Source: an uncultured Acidobacteriota bacterium
GTDB lineage: Bacteria; Acidobacteriota; Thermoanaerobaculia; Multivoradales; SZUA-115
Reading direction: 5' to 3'
Assembly: GCA_963805975.1 (NCBI GenBank)
Contig: CAWDVR010000003.1
Span: forward strand, 32,001 to 96,000
Length of the DNA stretch: 64,000 nucleotides
Part shown: positions 25,474 through 35,002 of the stretch, in pieces
Numbering within the stretch: the first letter of the stretch is position 1
How the letters are laid out: every line of letters starts with the position of its first letter
Position numbers and translations under genes: made by a program
Notes under the pieces: generated by a model
The model's input: the letters and a program-made list of their open reading frames with translations, nothing else
Database searches by the model: none
Told to the model about the DNA's origin: nothing

Positions 25474-27118
25474 TCTCTGCCGCCGCCCGCACGTCCTCGT
25501 CCGAGTCGCGGGTGAGGATCTCAAGGATCTCCTCCGAGGTGGCTGGATGTGCTGCCACGGCAGTGCGGATGGTGGCGACGGGGTCTCGGGCGAGCGTGAT
25601 CAGGACGGCGGCGGAGAGGTCCGAGCGCTTCACCACCGCCCAGCGCACGGCGGGTGAGATGTCCTGCGCGAGGGCCGCGAGCACGTCCTCGACGGCCGCT
25701 TCGTGGATGGCCACGGCCGTCCGGGTCTGGGGGTCAGCGTCGCTCGCGAGCAGAGCCAGCAGCGCGGCGGGGCAGGCGGAATGCCGGGCGGCGAGACGGC
25801 GGCCCCAGGGGCCGAGGGCCGCGAGCCGCTCGAGGTCCGACGCAGAGAGGTGGGGATCGGCCGCCGCGGGCTCGTAGCCATCCATCTCCCGCGCGCTGCC
25901 CGCGCTCAGCAACAGTTCCAGCACCGGTCCGGGCAGCCGCGGGTTTCGTGCCGCGGCCTGGCGGACGAGGAGATCGGCGTCGGCTGCCAGCCGGGCGAGG
26001 TCCTCCGTGCTCGTCGCCGGGTGCCGTGCGGCCAACAGCCGCCCCCAGGCGCCGGAGCGCGCGAGCCGGGAGAGCTCGGAGCCGGCTAGGCCGGGGTCCG
26101 GCTCTCCCAGGGTCGAGAGTGTCTCGCTCGCTCCCGCTCGGCGCAGCAGCTCGCGGTGCGCCGCCGGGAAGCTCGGGTGCGCGGCGGCCGCTTCCCGCAC
26201 CCGTCCGGCCCCGTGCTCGGCGAGGCGTGCGAGCAGCTCGGCAGGGGCAGCGGAGTGGCGGGCGATGGCGGAGAGCCTCTCGCTGTCGTCCTCGTCCGCG
26301 GCCAGCAGCAGGAGCGCCGCAGCGGGAGCCCCTGGATTGCCGAGCACGGCCTGCTGTACGGAGAGGTCGTCGTCCTCCGCGAGCCGGAGGAGCGCCGCCG
26401 GGCAGGCGGTGTTGGTGGCCAGTGCGGCGCGAGTGGCCGCATCGACGTCCCTGGCGAGGCGTGTGACCTCTTCCTCCGTGAGGTCCGGCAGGCCGGCCGC
26501 GAGCCGGCGCGCCAACGGCCCGAGGCTCGAGAGCGCGGCTCGTTCGCCAGGGGACAACGATCGGGAAGCGGCTCCGACCGTCACTAGGTCCGGAGCGGCG
26601 CCGGCGGCTAGCAGGAGCGCCAGCGCCGCGGCCGAGACCGGGCTCGAAGGAGCGCGCACCAGCGCCGCCTGGCGTACAGCCACTTCCGCGTCAGCCAGCA
26701 GACCGGCAAGGATCTCGGAAGGCAGAGCCGGGTGGGCCGCGAGGTCGGCGCGCAGGCTGGCGCTGGGGTGCCCCGCCAAGGAAATCAGGGTAGCGGGCGG
26801 CGTCGCCGGATGGCGAGCCGCGAGCCGCTGGCCCCACGCGCCGCCCTCGGCAAGCCGCGCCAGCACCTCCGGCGGCAGCGTGGGGTCGGGCGGCGCGAAG
26901 GAAGAGAGGTCCGCGCTCGACCCCGCGCGCCGCAGCAGGGCCAGCTCCTCGGCAGGGAATTCCGGATCAGCTGCCGCACGGCGCCGCACCCAGAGCTTGT
27001 CGTCGAGGGCGAGGCGAAGGAGCGCATCGACCGGAGCCTCGAGGTCCCGCGCCGCCTCGAGGCACGGCGCTGGCGCCACGCTGGCTGCGAATCGGTAAGG
27101 CTGCTGGCGCTCGCTCAT
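25430..27118 (-). CDS. Leucine-rich-variant/HEAT-like repeat protein
   Basis: Start MSERQQPY at 27118; repeated VRxAAAxHPxxP / LxxLAxD units. Confidence 0.8.
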   Translation of the reverse strand: MSERQQPYRFAASVAPAPCLEAARDLEAPVDALLRLALDDKLWVRRRAAADPEFPAEELALLRRAGSSADLSSFAPPDPTLPPEVLARLAEGGAWGQRLAARHPATPPATLISLAGHPSASLRADLAAHPALPSEILAGLLADAEVAVRQAALVRAPSSPVSAAALALLLAAGAAPDLVTVGAASRSLSPGERAALSSLGPLARRLAAGLPDLTEEEVTRLARDVDAATRAALATNTACPAALLRLAEDDDLSVQQAVLGNPGAPAAALLLLAADEDDSERLSAIARHSAAPAELLARLAEHGAGRVREAAAAHPSFPAAHRELLRRAGASETLSTLGEPDPGLAGSELSRLARSGAWGRLLAARHPATSTEDLARLAADADLLVRQAAARNPRLPGPVLELLLSAGSAREMDGYEPAAADPHLSASDLERLAALGPWGRRLAARHSACPAALLALLASDADPQTRTAVAIHEAAVEDVLAALAQDISPAVRWAVVKRSDLSAAVLITLARDPVATIRTAVAAHPATSEEILEILTRDSDEDVRAAAEMDSRLRGNDGAPVR

Positions 27119-27129
27119 CGCCCGCGAGT

Positions 27130-28206
27130 CTAGCCGGCCGCCCGGATCTCGCAGGGAGCTGGCGACCGAGCTTCGCTCGCTACAGAGCGCCTCACGCCCC
27201 GGCTGAGGAATCGATCGAGGTCCGGGATGAACACCGTGCCGGCTTCGAGCTGGAAGACGCCGCGGACCAGCGAGCGGTCGAGCAGGCGGCCGGTGGCGTT
27301 GACCTGGTTGGGCAGCGGCAGGCTCTCGACCCGCACCTCGGGCCGCACCGGGAAGCCCAGCTTGAGCGGCACGCGCGCGCCGCGGGCCACCAGCAGCCGG
27401 CTCTCGCCCTCGAAGAACGAGGGCCCGGCGCCCATGCGCAGCGAGAGGTCGATCACCGGCACCACCTCGTCGCGGAAGGGAGCCAGCCCCAGCAGGTAGG
27501 GTGGCGCGCCCGGCACCCGCAGCAGCGGCTGCGGGCGCACGATCTCCTGCACCTGGGAGAGCGACAGGCCGAAGAGCACTGGCGCCTCGCCTCCCGGCGA
27601 GGTGGAGAAGAGCAGCAGCCGGCGAGGTCCGGCGGCGGCCGACTGGGGTGCCCCGCTTCCCCGAGATGGGGTTCCGTCGGGCACGGTCCCGGGAGCGGAG
27701 GATTCCGGCACCTCCCAGGGCTCGGCGGGGGAAGCATCTCCTCCGGGGACGAGCCGCTCGGCGGCGAGAACCAGGGCGAGGCGGCCGGAGAGCCGGGCCA
27801 CGGCTTCGAGCGGCGAGCCCGCGGCGCGGGTGACGAGCCGCGGCAGGGCCAGCAGGTTCGCGGCGCCCACCTCCTCGGTGCGCTCGACCCGCTCCACCAT
27901 CAGCCCGAAGGGCCCGCGCCGCCCGTCGAGCAGCACCACGGGGCCGAACCGATCGCGTGCCGGGAGCGGCGAGCCGACGAGCGCTGCCAGCCGGTAGACC
28001 GGGACGCCGCTGCCGTTGTCTCCCGCGCCGCCCGTGCGCAGGCGGCCCGCGAGCATCCCACCGGTGTCGCCCTCCGCCGCGGGCAGCATCCCCTCGCCAC
28101 GCTCGAGCCCGAGGACGCGTGCCATGGGCAGGCAGTAGGTCTCGCCCCCGGCCTGGCAGGCGAGAAGTGCTACCGGCCCGCCGCTCGGCCCGGACGACGG
28201 GCTCAA
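27130..28206 (-). CDS. cheW: Tandem CheW-domain protein
   Basis: TTG start overlapping the CheA stop; two CheW domains (YCLPMARV...FGLMVERV; FGLSLSQVQEIV...VPGAPPYLLGLAPFRDEVVPVIDL). Confidence 0.8.
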   Translation of the reverse strand: MSPSSGPSGGPVALLACQAGGETYCLPMARVLGLERGEGMLPAAEGDTGGMLAGRLRTGGAGDNGSGVPVYRLAALVGSPLPARDRFGPVVLLDGRRGPFGLMVERVERTEEVGAANLLALPRLVTRAAGSPLEAVARLSGRLALVLAAERLVPGGDASPAEPWEVPESSAPGTVPDGTPSRGSGAPQSAAAGPRRLLLFSTSPGGEAPVLFGLSLSQVQEIVRPQPLLRVPGAPPYLLGLAPFRDEVVPVIDLSLRMGAGPSFFEGESRLLVARGARVPLKLGFPVRPEVRVESLPLPNQVNATGRLLDRSLVRGVFQLEAGTVFIPDLDRFLSRGVRRSVASEARSPAPCEIRAAG

Positions 28207-31049
28207 GGCGCCGGCTCTCCGTCGAGCGGCGCCGGTAGATGGGCGCCGGCCCTGGGCGGTACACCGGGCACGGCCGGTGCGGCCACGGCGCGGGCGCCGA
28301 GGCGGCGAAGGATGGCGAGCAGGGCCTCGTCCTGGAAGGGTTTGACCACGTAGTCCGCCACCCCGAGCTCGAAGGCGCGCTGGCGGTGCTTGTCGCCGGC
28401 CCGCGAGGTGAGCATCACGACCGGGATGCCGGCCAGCGCCGGCTGGCCCTTGAGCGTCGCCACCAGCTCGTAGCCGTCCATGCGCGGCATCTCGATGTCG
28501 AGCAGCAGGACGTCCGGCGGCTGGCTCGCGTGCTGGAGGATCTCGAGCGCCTCGACGCCGTCGCGGGCGGTGGTCGGGCGGATGCCCGCGCCGCGCAGCA
28601 GGGCGGAGAGCACCCGGCGCACGGAGAGCGAGTCGTCGACGATCATCACCTCGAGCGCCCGCGCGCCGCGGCGGCGGGGCTGGAGCGCCGCCGCCCGGCT
28701 GCGGGCGGCGACCCGCACGGCATCGCGGGCCTTGCGCTCCACCAGCTCGGCGGGGGCGAGGATCAGCACCACGCTGCCGTCGCCCATGAGCGTGGCGCCG
28801 GTCAGGCCGGGCACGCGCTTGAGGTGCGGGCCCAGGCCCTTGACCACCACCTCGCGGGCCTCGAGCAGGGTCTCGACCACCAGCGCGTACTTGCGGCCAC
28901 CGAGCCGGACCACGAGCACCGGCAAATGCACGTCGCCGGCCGCCACGGCCGGGGCGTCCGTCCCACCCAGGGCCTCGGCGAGATGGATCACGGGCAGCAC
29001 CTCGTCGCCGGCCCGCAGCACGGGCTCCTGGCCCACGCTCTCGAGGTCGCGGCGGTCGGCGCGGAGGATCTGCGTCACCACGGCGAGCGGCACGGCATAG
29101 CGCCGGCCGCCGGCCGCCACCATCAGCACCTTGAGGATCGCCAGGCTGACCGGCAGGCGGATCGAGACCCGGGTGCCTGCGCCGGGCGTGGACTGGAGGG
29201 CGACCGAGCCTTTCATCCGCTCGACCGTGGTCTTGACCACGTCGAGGCCGACGCCGCGGCCGGAGACCTCGCTGACCTCGCCGGCGGTCGAGAAGCCGGG
29301 CAGGAAGAGGAGCTCGCTCACCTCGTCGGGGCCGAGGCCCGCGGCTTCCTGCGGTCCGACGTAGCCCTGGGCCACCGCCGCCTCGCGGATCGAGTCGGTA
29401 TCGAGCCCGGCGCCGTCGTCCTCGACGGTCAGCACCACCTCGGTGCCCTCGTGGGTGGCGGCGAGCCGCAACCGCCCGCGCTCCGGCTTGCCTGCGGCGC
29501 GGCGCAGCGCCGGCGGCTCGAGGCCGTGATCGACGGCATTCCGCATCAGGTGGAGCAGCGGGTCGGCGATCTCTTCGAGCACCGTCTTGTCGAGTTCGAC
29601 GTGGCTGCCTTCGATGAGCAGCTCGGCCGACTTGCCCTGCTGCTGCGCGGTCACGCGCACGGCACGTTCGAGGCGGGCGGCGAGGGTGCCCAGGGGCACC
29701 ATGCGCAGGCGCAGGAGGCCGTCCTGCACCTCGCTGGTCAGGCGCGAGAGGCGGGCCAGATAGCCGTCGAAGTCGCCGATGGTGCCGGTGAGCTCGCCGG
29801 AGAGGGCGGCGATGTCGCTGCCGGTCTCCCCCAGCTCGCGGGTGATCAGGTGGAGCTCGGTGTAGCGGTCGAGCTCCAGCTCGTCGAAGCCGGTGGTTCC
29901 CTTGCCGTTCGTGCCCTGGTGCGCCGCGTCGTAGCGGGCACCGCCGGCCGCGGCGCCCAGGGCGCGGAAGCCGCCGCCCCATGGCTTCCCGCCACCTAGG
30001 GCCGCGGCCTCGTAGCCGGTCTCGAGCCGCCCCGAGATGCGGCGCAGCCGCGCCACCGAGAGGTCGAGCTCGCCCACCTCGCGAGTCAAGGTGCCGAAGT
30101 GCTGCTCGAAGGTCGAGCGGTTCACCACCAGCTCGGAGACCAGGCGCACCAGCTCTTCGAGGCGGTCCCAGGGAACGCGCAGCGGAGCAACGCGCAGGGG
30201 AGCGGTCCGCGCCGCGGGAGCCGCCGTGCCGTTCGAGCGCGTCTCCTCCGAAAGCTCCCTGTAGCTCGGCGGCTCTGGCAGCGGGCGCTCGGTGGCCTCG
30301 TCGCCCAGCCGCTCGCGATAGCGCCGGTAGATCCCGCCGGTGGCCGCCGACTCGAGGTCGCCGCCGGTCGCCACCAGGTCGGAGAGCTCGTCGGCCGTCG
30401 CGTAGAGCAGGCCGAGGTCGGCTGGGGAGACCGGTGTGTCGGCCTCGACCAGCAGATCGAGCAGGTCTTCCATGCGGTGCGCCAGCCGGGAGACGGCGCC
30501 AAAGCCCACCAGCGCCGCGGTGCCTTTGAGCGTGTGGACGCTCCGGCGGATCTCGGCCAGCGGCGGCCGGAGCGCGGGCGCGGCCGCGAGCGCGGCAAGC
30601 GCCGTGGCCACCACCGACAGGTGGTCCTGGGCCTCGTCGAGGAAGGACTCGGCGAGCTCCGGCGAGACCTCCGCCAGCGACAGGCCGAGGGCGGGCCCGG
30701 GAGCGAGCTCGGGGGCTGGCCGGCGCTCGCTGACGACGCCGTCGAGATAGCTCTCGATCTCGGCGACGGCGGCGAGGAGCGCGGCCTCGAGCTCGCGGCC
30801 TGGCGCCAGAGCGCCGCTCCCCAGGGCCTCGAGCTGCGCCTCGAGCCGGCCGGCCATACCGCCCAGGGCGGGCAGCCCCACCATCGAGGCGGCGCCCTTG
30901 ATGCTGTGCGCCAGGCGGTGCGCCTCGGCGACGGATTTACCGCTCGCTGGGGCGCCGCGCGCCGCTTCGATGCCGGCGGTGATCGCCGGCAGGTAGCTCT
31001 TCGCCTCTTCGACGAAGCCGGCCAGGAGCTCCGGATCGATCTCGTGCAT
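28203..31049 (-). CDS. cheA: Hybrid CheA-REC kinase (ChpA-like) with two Hpt domains
   Basis: AHSIKGAA and VHTLKGTA Hpt sites; LLHLMRNAVDHG, GFST...SGRGVGLDVV; CheW and C-terminal receiver domains. Confidence 0.95.
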   Translation of the reverse strand: MHEIDPELLAGFVEEAKSYLPAITAGIEAARGAPASGKSVAEAHRLAHSIKGAASMVGLPALGGMAGRLEAQLEALGSGALAPGRELEAALLAAVAEIESYLDGVVSERRPAPELAPGPALGLSLAEVSPELAESFLDEAQDHLSVVATALAALAAAPALRPPLAEIRRSVHTLKGTAALVGFGAVSRLAHRMEDLLDLLVEADTPVSPADLGLLYATADELSDLVATGGDLESAATGGIYRRYRERLGDEATERPLPEPPSYRELSEETRSNGTAAPAARTAPLRVAPLRVPWDRLEELVRLVSELVVNRSTFEQHFGTLTREVGELDLSVARLRRISGRLETGYEAAALGGGKPWGGGFRALGAAAGGARYDAAHQGTNGKGTTGFDELELDRYTELHLITRELGETGSDIAALSGELTGTIGDFDGYLARLSRLTSEVQDGLLRLRMVPLGTLAARLERAVRVTAQQQGKSAELLIEGSHVELDKTVLEEIADPLLHLMRNAVDHGLEPPALRRAAGKPERGRLRLAATHEGTEVVLTVEDDGAGLDTDSIREAAVAQGYVGPQEAAGLGPDEVSELLFLPGFSTAGEVSEVSGRGVGLDVVKTTVERMKGSVALQSTPGAGTRVSIRLPVSLAILKVLMVAAGGRRYAVPLAVVTQILRADRRDLESVGQEPVLRAGDEVLPVIHLAEALGGTDAPAVAAGDVHLPVLVVRLGGRKYALVVETLLEAREVVVKGLGPHLKRVPGLTGATLMGDGSVVLILAPAELVERKARDAVRVAARSRAAALQPRRRGARALEVMIVDDSLSVRRVLSALLRGAGIRPTTARDGVEALEILQHASQPPDVLLLDIEMPRMDGYELVATLKGQPALAGIPVVMLTSRAGDKHRQRAFELGVADYVVKPFQDEALLAILRRLGARAVAAPAVPGVPPRAGAHLPAPLDGEPAP

Positions 31050-31058
31050 GCCGCCCTC

Positions 31059-32978
31059 CTATGCCGCGCGTTCCGGCAGCCGCAGCCGGTCGGCCAGCGA
31101 GCGCTCCGGCAGGCGGAAGCGGTCCATGGACTCGCGCAGGTCGTCGGCGAGCCCGGCCAGGTTGCGGATCGAGACCGCGGCCTGCTTGGTGCCGGCGGCG
31201 GTGCGCTGGGTGCCCTGGGAGATGTCGTTCATCGCCCGCGCCACACCCTCGGAGCCGCGCGCCTGCTGCTTGGCGGCGAGCGAGATCGACTGGATGATCT
31301 CCGCCAGCCGGTTGGACACGCTCTGGATTGCGCCCAGCGCCTGGCCGGCCTCGTTGGCGAGCGAGGAGCCGCCCACCACCTCGCGCGTGGTCGCCTCCAT
31401 GGCGGCCACCGCCTCGGTGGTCTCGCTCTGGATCGACTTGATCAGCGTGCCGATGCGCTTGGTGGCCTCGGCCGAGCGCTCGGCCAGCCGCTCCACTTCC
31501 TCGGCCACCACTGCGAAGCCGCGGCCGGCCTCGCCGGCCATGGCCGCCTGGATCGAGGCGTTCAAGGCCAGGATGCTGGTGCGGTCGGCGATGTCGCCGA
31601 TCAACTGTACGATCTCGCCGACCTCCTGCGAGCTCTCGCCCAGCCGCTTGATGCGCTTGGCGGTCTCCTGCACCTGCTGGCGGATCGAGCTCATACCTTC
31701 GATGGTCTTCGACACCGCCTCGGCGCCCTGCTTGGCGGTGGCGAGCGCCTGGTCGGCCACGCTCGCGGCCTGCACCGAGCTCTCCGACACCTGGGCCACG
31801 GAGACGGCGAGCTCGTCGACCGCCGCCGAGGTGCCGGCGAGCTCGGAGGACTGCCGCTCGCTGCCCTCGGCCAGGTGCTGGGCGGTGGACTGGATCTGGT
31901 TGGCGGCCGAGCTCACCTGGAACGTGGTGTCGCGGGCGGTGGAGATGATGCGCCGCAGCTCGGAGATCATCAGGTTGAAGGAGTCGGCGATGGCGCCGGT
32001 CACGTCGGCCGTCACCTCGGCCTCGCGGGTGAGGTCGCCGTCGGCGACGCCCGACACCTCGTCGAGCAGCTTCACGATCGAGCCCTGGATGCTGTCGCGC
32101 TCCTCGCGCGACTGGATCAGCGACAGGGTGTTGTCGAGCATGGCGTTGAGCGAGCGCGAGGTGACGCCCAGCTCGTCTCTGCCCAGCACCTCGGCGCGGG
32201 CCCCGAAGTCGCCGATGCCGATGCGGGTGAAGGTCTGGCTGATCGAGTTCACCTGCCGCAGCACCAGGCGGGCGAGGTAGAAGGCCGCGGCCAGCGCCAG
32301 GATGGTGAGCAGGATGCCGGTGATGCCGATGTTGCGGCGCACGGCGGCGAGCACCGTCTCGGTGGAGGCGAAGGCGCTCTGGGCGCTGGTGTTCGAGAGG
32401 TCGGCGAACTTCTTGTTGACCGCCACCAGGTCGGCGAACCCGCGCTCGATCTCGCTGCTGCGGTCGGCGAGATCGGCGCGGCCGATCACCTGGCCGGCGA
32501 GCAGCCGCTGGCGCAGCGGCGCGAGCTGGGCATAGGCGCCGTCGATGCGATCGAGGTAGGTCTGCTCGTCCTTCTGCAGGCTCGACTGGCCGAGGCGCGC
32601 CAGGGCGGCGGTGAACTCGGGGCTCACCGTCGTCTTCCATTCCGTCTTGTACTTCTCGTGCAGCTTGACCATGCCCTCTTCCTCGCGCCGCACCAGGGCC
32701 TCGAGCGTGCCCCGCTCGCTCGCCGAGAGGTCGGCCCGGGTGAGCTGGTCGAGCGCGCCGGTCAGCTTCTCGCGGTGCAGGTTGGCCTCGTCGAGGTCCA
32801 TGATCGGCAGCAGCATGAACCCGTAGAGGTTGTCGAACTCGTACTTGAGGACGTCGATGCCGTCGCGCTTGATGGCGCCGGCGCCGGTGAGCGCCACGCC
32901 GGCGATCAGGATCACGGCGAGCGGCGTGAGCACGGCGATCAGGGTGAACTTGCCAAAGAGCTTCAGGTTGCGAAACAC
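31059..32978 (-). CDS. Methyl-accepting chemotaxis protein, PilJ-like
   Basis: Two TM segments, periplasmic helical sensor, HAMP domains, ILALNASIQAAMAGEAGRGFAVVAEEV. Confidence 0.93.
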   Translation of the reverse strand: MFRNLKLFGKFTLIAVLTPLAVILIAGVALTGAGAIKRDGIDVLKYEFDNLYGFMLLPIMDLDEANLHREKLTGALDQLTRADLSASERGTLEALVRREEEGMVKLHEKYKTEWKTTVSPEFTAALARLGQSSLQKDEQTYLDRIDGAYAQLAPLRQRLLAGQVIGRADLADRSSEIERGFADLVAVNKKFADLSNTSAQSAFASTETVLAAVRRNIGITGILLTILALAAAFYLARLVLRQVNSISQTFTRIGIGDFGARAEVLGRDELGVTSRSLNAMLDNTLSLIQSREERDSIQGSIVKLLDEVSGVADGDLTREAEVTADVTGAIADSFNLMISELRRIISTARDTTFQVSSAANQIQSTAQHLAEGSERQSSELAGTSAAVDELAVSVAQVSESSVQAASVADQALATAKQGAEAVSKTIEGMSSIRQQVQETAKRIKRLGESSQEVGEIVQLIGDIADRTSILALNASIQAAMAGEAGRGFAVVAEEVERLAERSAEATKRIGTLIKSIQSETTEAVAAMEATTREVVGGSSLANEAGQALGAIQSVSNRLAEIIQSISLAAKQQARGSEGVARAMNDISQGTQRTAAGTKQAAVSIRNLAGLADDLRESMDRFRLPERSLADRLRLPERAA

Positions 32979-33069
32979 GGACGTCTCCTTTCAGGCGAAG
33001 GAACGAGGACGATGGTGGCGCCGCGGCCCGGCGGCTGCACGACGCACGAGCTGCCGGCGCAAGCCCGCA

Positions 33070-33696
33070 TCACGCGGCCTCCACGGCGCCCAGCGCATCA
33101 GCGGCCAGCAGGCGCGCGACGTCGAGCACGGCGACCACTTCGCCGCCCTGCTCGACGACGCCGGTGAGATAGATCGACGCGGGGTCGTCCAGCAGCGCCG
33201 CGGCGCGCACCACGCGCGAAGCCGCGAAGCTCGCCAGGCCCGCCACCTGGTCCACCACCAGGCCGGTGTAGGGCTCGGGGCCCGCGCCGCGCACCACCAG
33301 CAGGCGCCCCATGGCGGGGCCCTCGGCGGCGGCGCCCAGGAAGAGGGCGAGGTCGACCACCGACAGGATCTCGCCGCGCAGATTGATGACGCCGAGCACC
33401 CAGGGCGGCAGGTGGGGTACCGGAGTGACGGGCGGCACCGACCCGACCTCGATCACGGCGCCGATCGGCACCGCGTAGCGGGCGCGGCCGAGCGAGAACA
33501 CGATGTAGCGCTCGAGGGCGGGCTCTTCCGGCGCCGGCGGCGGCCATCCGCCCGCGTCGGCCCCCGCGTCGATTCCTGGGCCGGCGCCGCGGGCCTTGCC
33601 GGGCTCCGCCACGGGGTGGCTCGCCACCTCGGCGTCGAGCGCGCCCAGGAGATCGGCCAGCGCGTCGGCCGAAGAGCCGTGATCGTCGTCGTTCAT
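33070..33696 (-). CDS. cheW: CheW coupling protein
   Basis: VTPVPHLPPWVLGVINLRGEILSVVDL; GGAGGGAG RBS before ATG 33696. Confidence 0.9.
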   Translation of the reverse strand: MNDDDHGSSADALADLLGALDAEVASHPVAEPGKARGAGPGIDAGADAGGWPPPAPEEPALERYIVFSLGRARYAVPIGAVIEVGSVPPVTPVPHLPPWVLGVINLRGEILSVVDLALFLGAAAEGPAMGRLLVVRGAGPEPYTGLVVDQVAGLASFAASRVVRAAALLDDPASIYLTGVVEQGGEVVAVLDVARLLAADALGAVEAA

Positions 33697-33724
33697 CGGG
33701 TGTCTCCCTCCTCCGGCCTCGCGG

Positions 33725-34090
33725 CTACAGGTAGCGGGCCGCGGCGGCGCGCAGCTCGTCATCCGAGAACGGCTTCGTCAGGTACTCGTCGGCACCCTGC
33801 TTCAGGCCCCAGAAGCGGTCGCTGTCCTGTGTCTTGCTGGTGACCAGCACGATCTTGATGTCCTGGGTGTCGGGAGCGGTCTTCAACTGGCGGCAGACCT
33901 GGAAGCCGTTTTTCTTCGGCAGCACCACGTCCAGGAAGATCAGGTCCGGCCGCCCGCTGGCCGCTTTCTCGAGCGCTTCCTCGCCATCGGCGGCGGTCAG
34001 CAGGCGGTAGCCGCGGGGGGCGAGCGCCTGGGTCATGAGCTTCAGGTCGGTCGGGCTGTCGTCGACTAAGAGGATGGTCTGGCCGGGCAT
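33725..34090 (-). CDS. Single-domain response regulator, PilH-like
   Basis: LLVDDS, FLDVVLP, VTSKTQDSDRFWGLKQGADEYLTKP. Confidence 0.9.
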   Translation of the reverse strand: MPGQTILLVDDSPTDLKLMTQALAPRGYRLLTAADGEEALEKAASGRPDLIFLDVVLPKKNGFQVCRQLKTAPDTQDIKIVLVTSKTQDSDRFWGLKQGADEYLTKPFSDDELRAAAARYL

Positions 34091-34111
34091 CGAGCTCTCC
34101 TTCAGAATCCT

Positions 34112-35002
34112 TCAGAAAGGGATGCGGTCGATCGTGAGCGCCAGGTCGCGGAGGAAGACGCCGTAGCTCTCCCGCCACTCGCCCGCGGCGGTGGCCGACC
34201 GCAGCCGGCGGCCGGAGAGGTCGAGGAAGGTCTCGAAGACCAGGCCCATGGCGCGGGCGATCTCCTGGAAGGAGCGGCTGCGCTCGGCCTCGTCGGTGGC
34301 CCACAGGCGATAGAAGCTGGCGGCGTTGGCCGTGGAGAGCCGGTTGGCCTGGGCGGTCAGCACGCGGGCCATCGGGTGCTTGCCGACGGCGCTCTGGAGC
34401 ACCGGCGCCAGGGCGGCGCTCGAAGCCTCGTCCCCCCGGCCCCCGGCGCTCTCGGTGAAGGCGACCGCCTGGTTGATCATGTCGGCCAGCATCTCGAGGG
34501 CGACGAGCGGCCGCTTCCTCCCCTTTTCCGCCAGCCGCGACATGCCCTGCTCGAGCCGCGACAGCAGGAGCATCAGCTCGCCTTCGAGCGCCTCGTCGCT
34601 CTGCTGCTCCGGCCAGGCGAGCTCGTCGTTGGCGATCGGCAGGGTCGGCCCGAGGTCGGCGGCCATCAGCCAGGCGCTCTCCGCGCGGTCGCGCACGCTC
34701 TCGTCCATCTGGCGGGCCGCTTCGAGGAGCAGGTGGCGCCAGCCGGTGCGGATGCTGTGCGCCGGCGAGCGCACGCGGTCGGTGATGTGGAACGTGCCGT
34801 CCTGCCAGGTGAGGAGCTGGAACGCCGCCTCCTCGCCCTGGAGCGGGCCCAGGAGGGCGTGGACGATCTCACCCTCTTGCAGGTAGAGGACACCTTCCTC
34901 GCCGCGGCGCCGCACCACCAGGCCCACCGAGCGCCGTTCCGTACAGAGGAGTTGCACGACGCTCGAGATCTCGAAGTCCTTGATGTCGCCCTCAACCGCC
35001 AT
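34112..35002 (-). CDS. DUF4388 (PATAN-like) domain protein
   Basis: MAVEGDIKDFEISSVVQLL...GVLYLQEGEIVHA...GEEAAFQLLTWQDGTF...LLLEAARQMDE. Confidence 0.85.
   Translation of the reverse strand: MAVEGDIKDFEISSVVQLLCTERRSVGLVVRRRGEEGVLYLQEGEIVHALLGPLQGEEAAFQLLTWQDGTFHITDRVRSPAHSIRTGWRHLLLEAARQMDESVRDRAESAWLMAADLGPTLPIANDELAWPEQQSDEALEGELMLLLSRLEQGMSRLAEKGRKRPLVALEMLADMINQAVAFTESAGGRGDEASSAALAPVLQSAVGKHPMARVLTAQANRLSTANAASFYRLWATDEAERSRSFQEIARAMGLVFETFLDLSGRRLRSATAAGEWRESYGVFLRDLALTIDRIPF

Noticed and set aside
25430-29982. 944-aa and 950-aa ORFs as single large fusion proteins
   Set aside because: Only their C-terminal parts are real (starts at 27118 and 28206); the rest is out-of-frame overlap with cheW and cheA.
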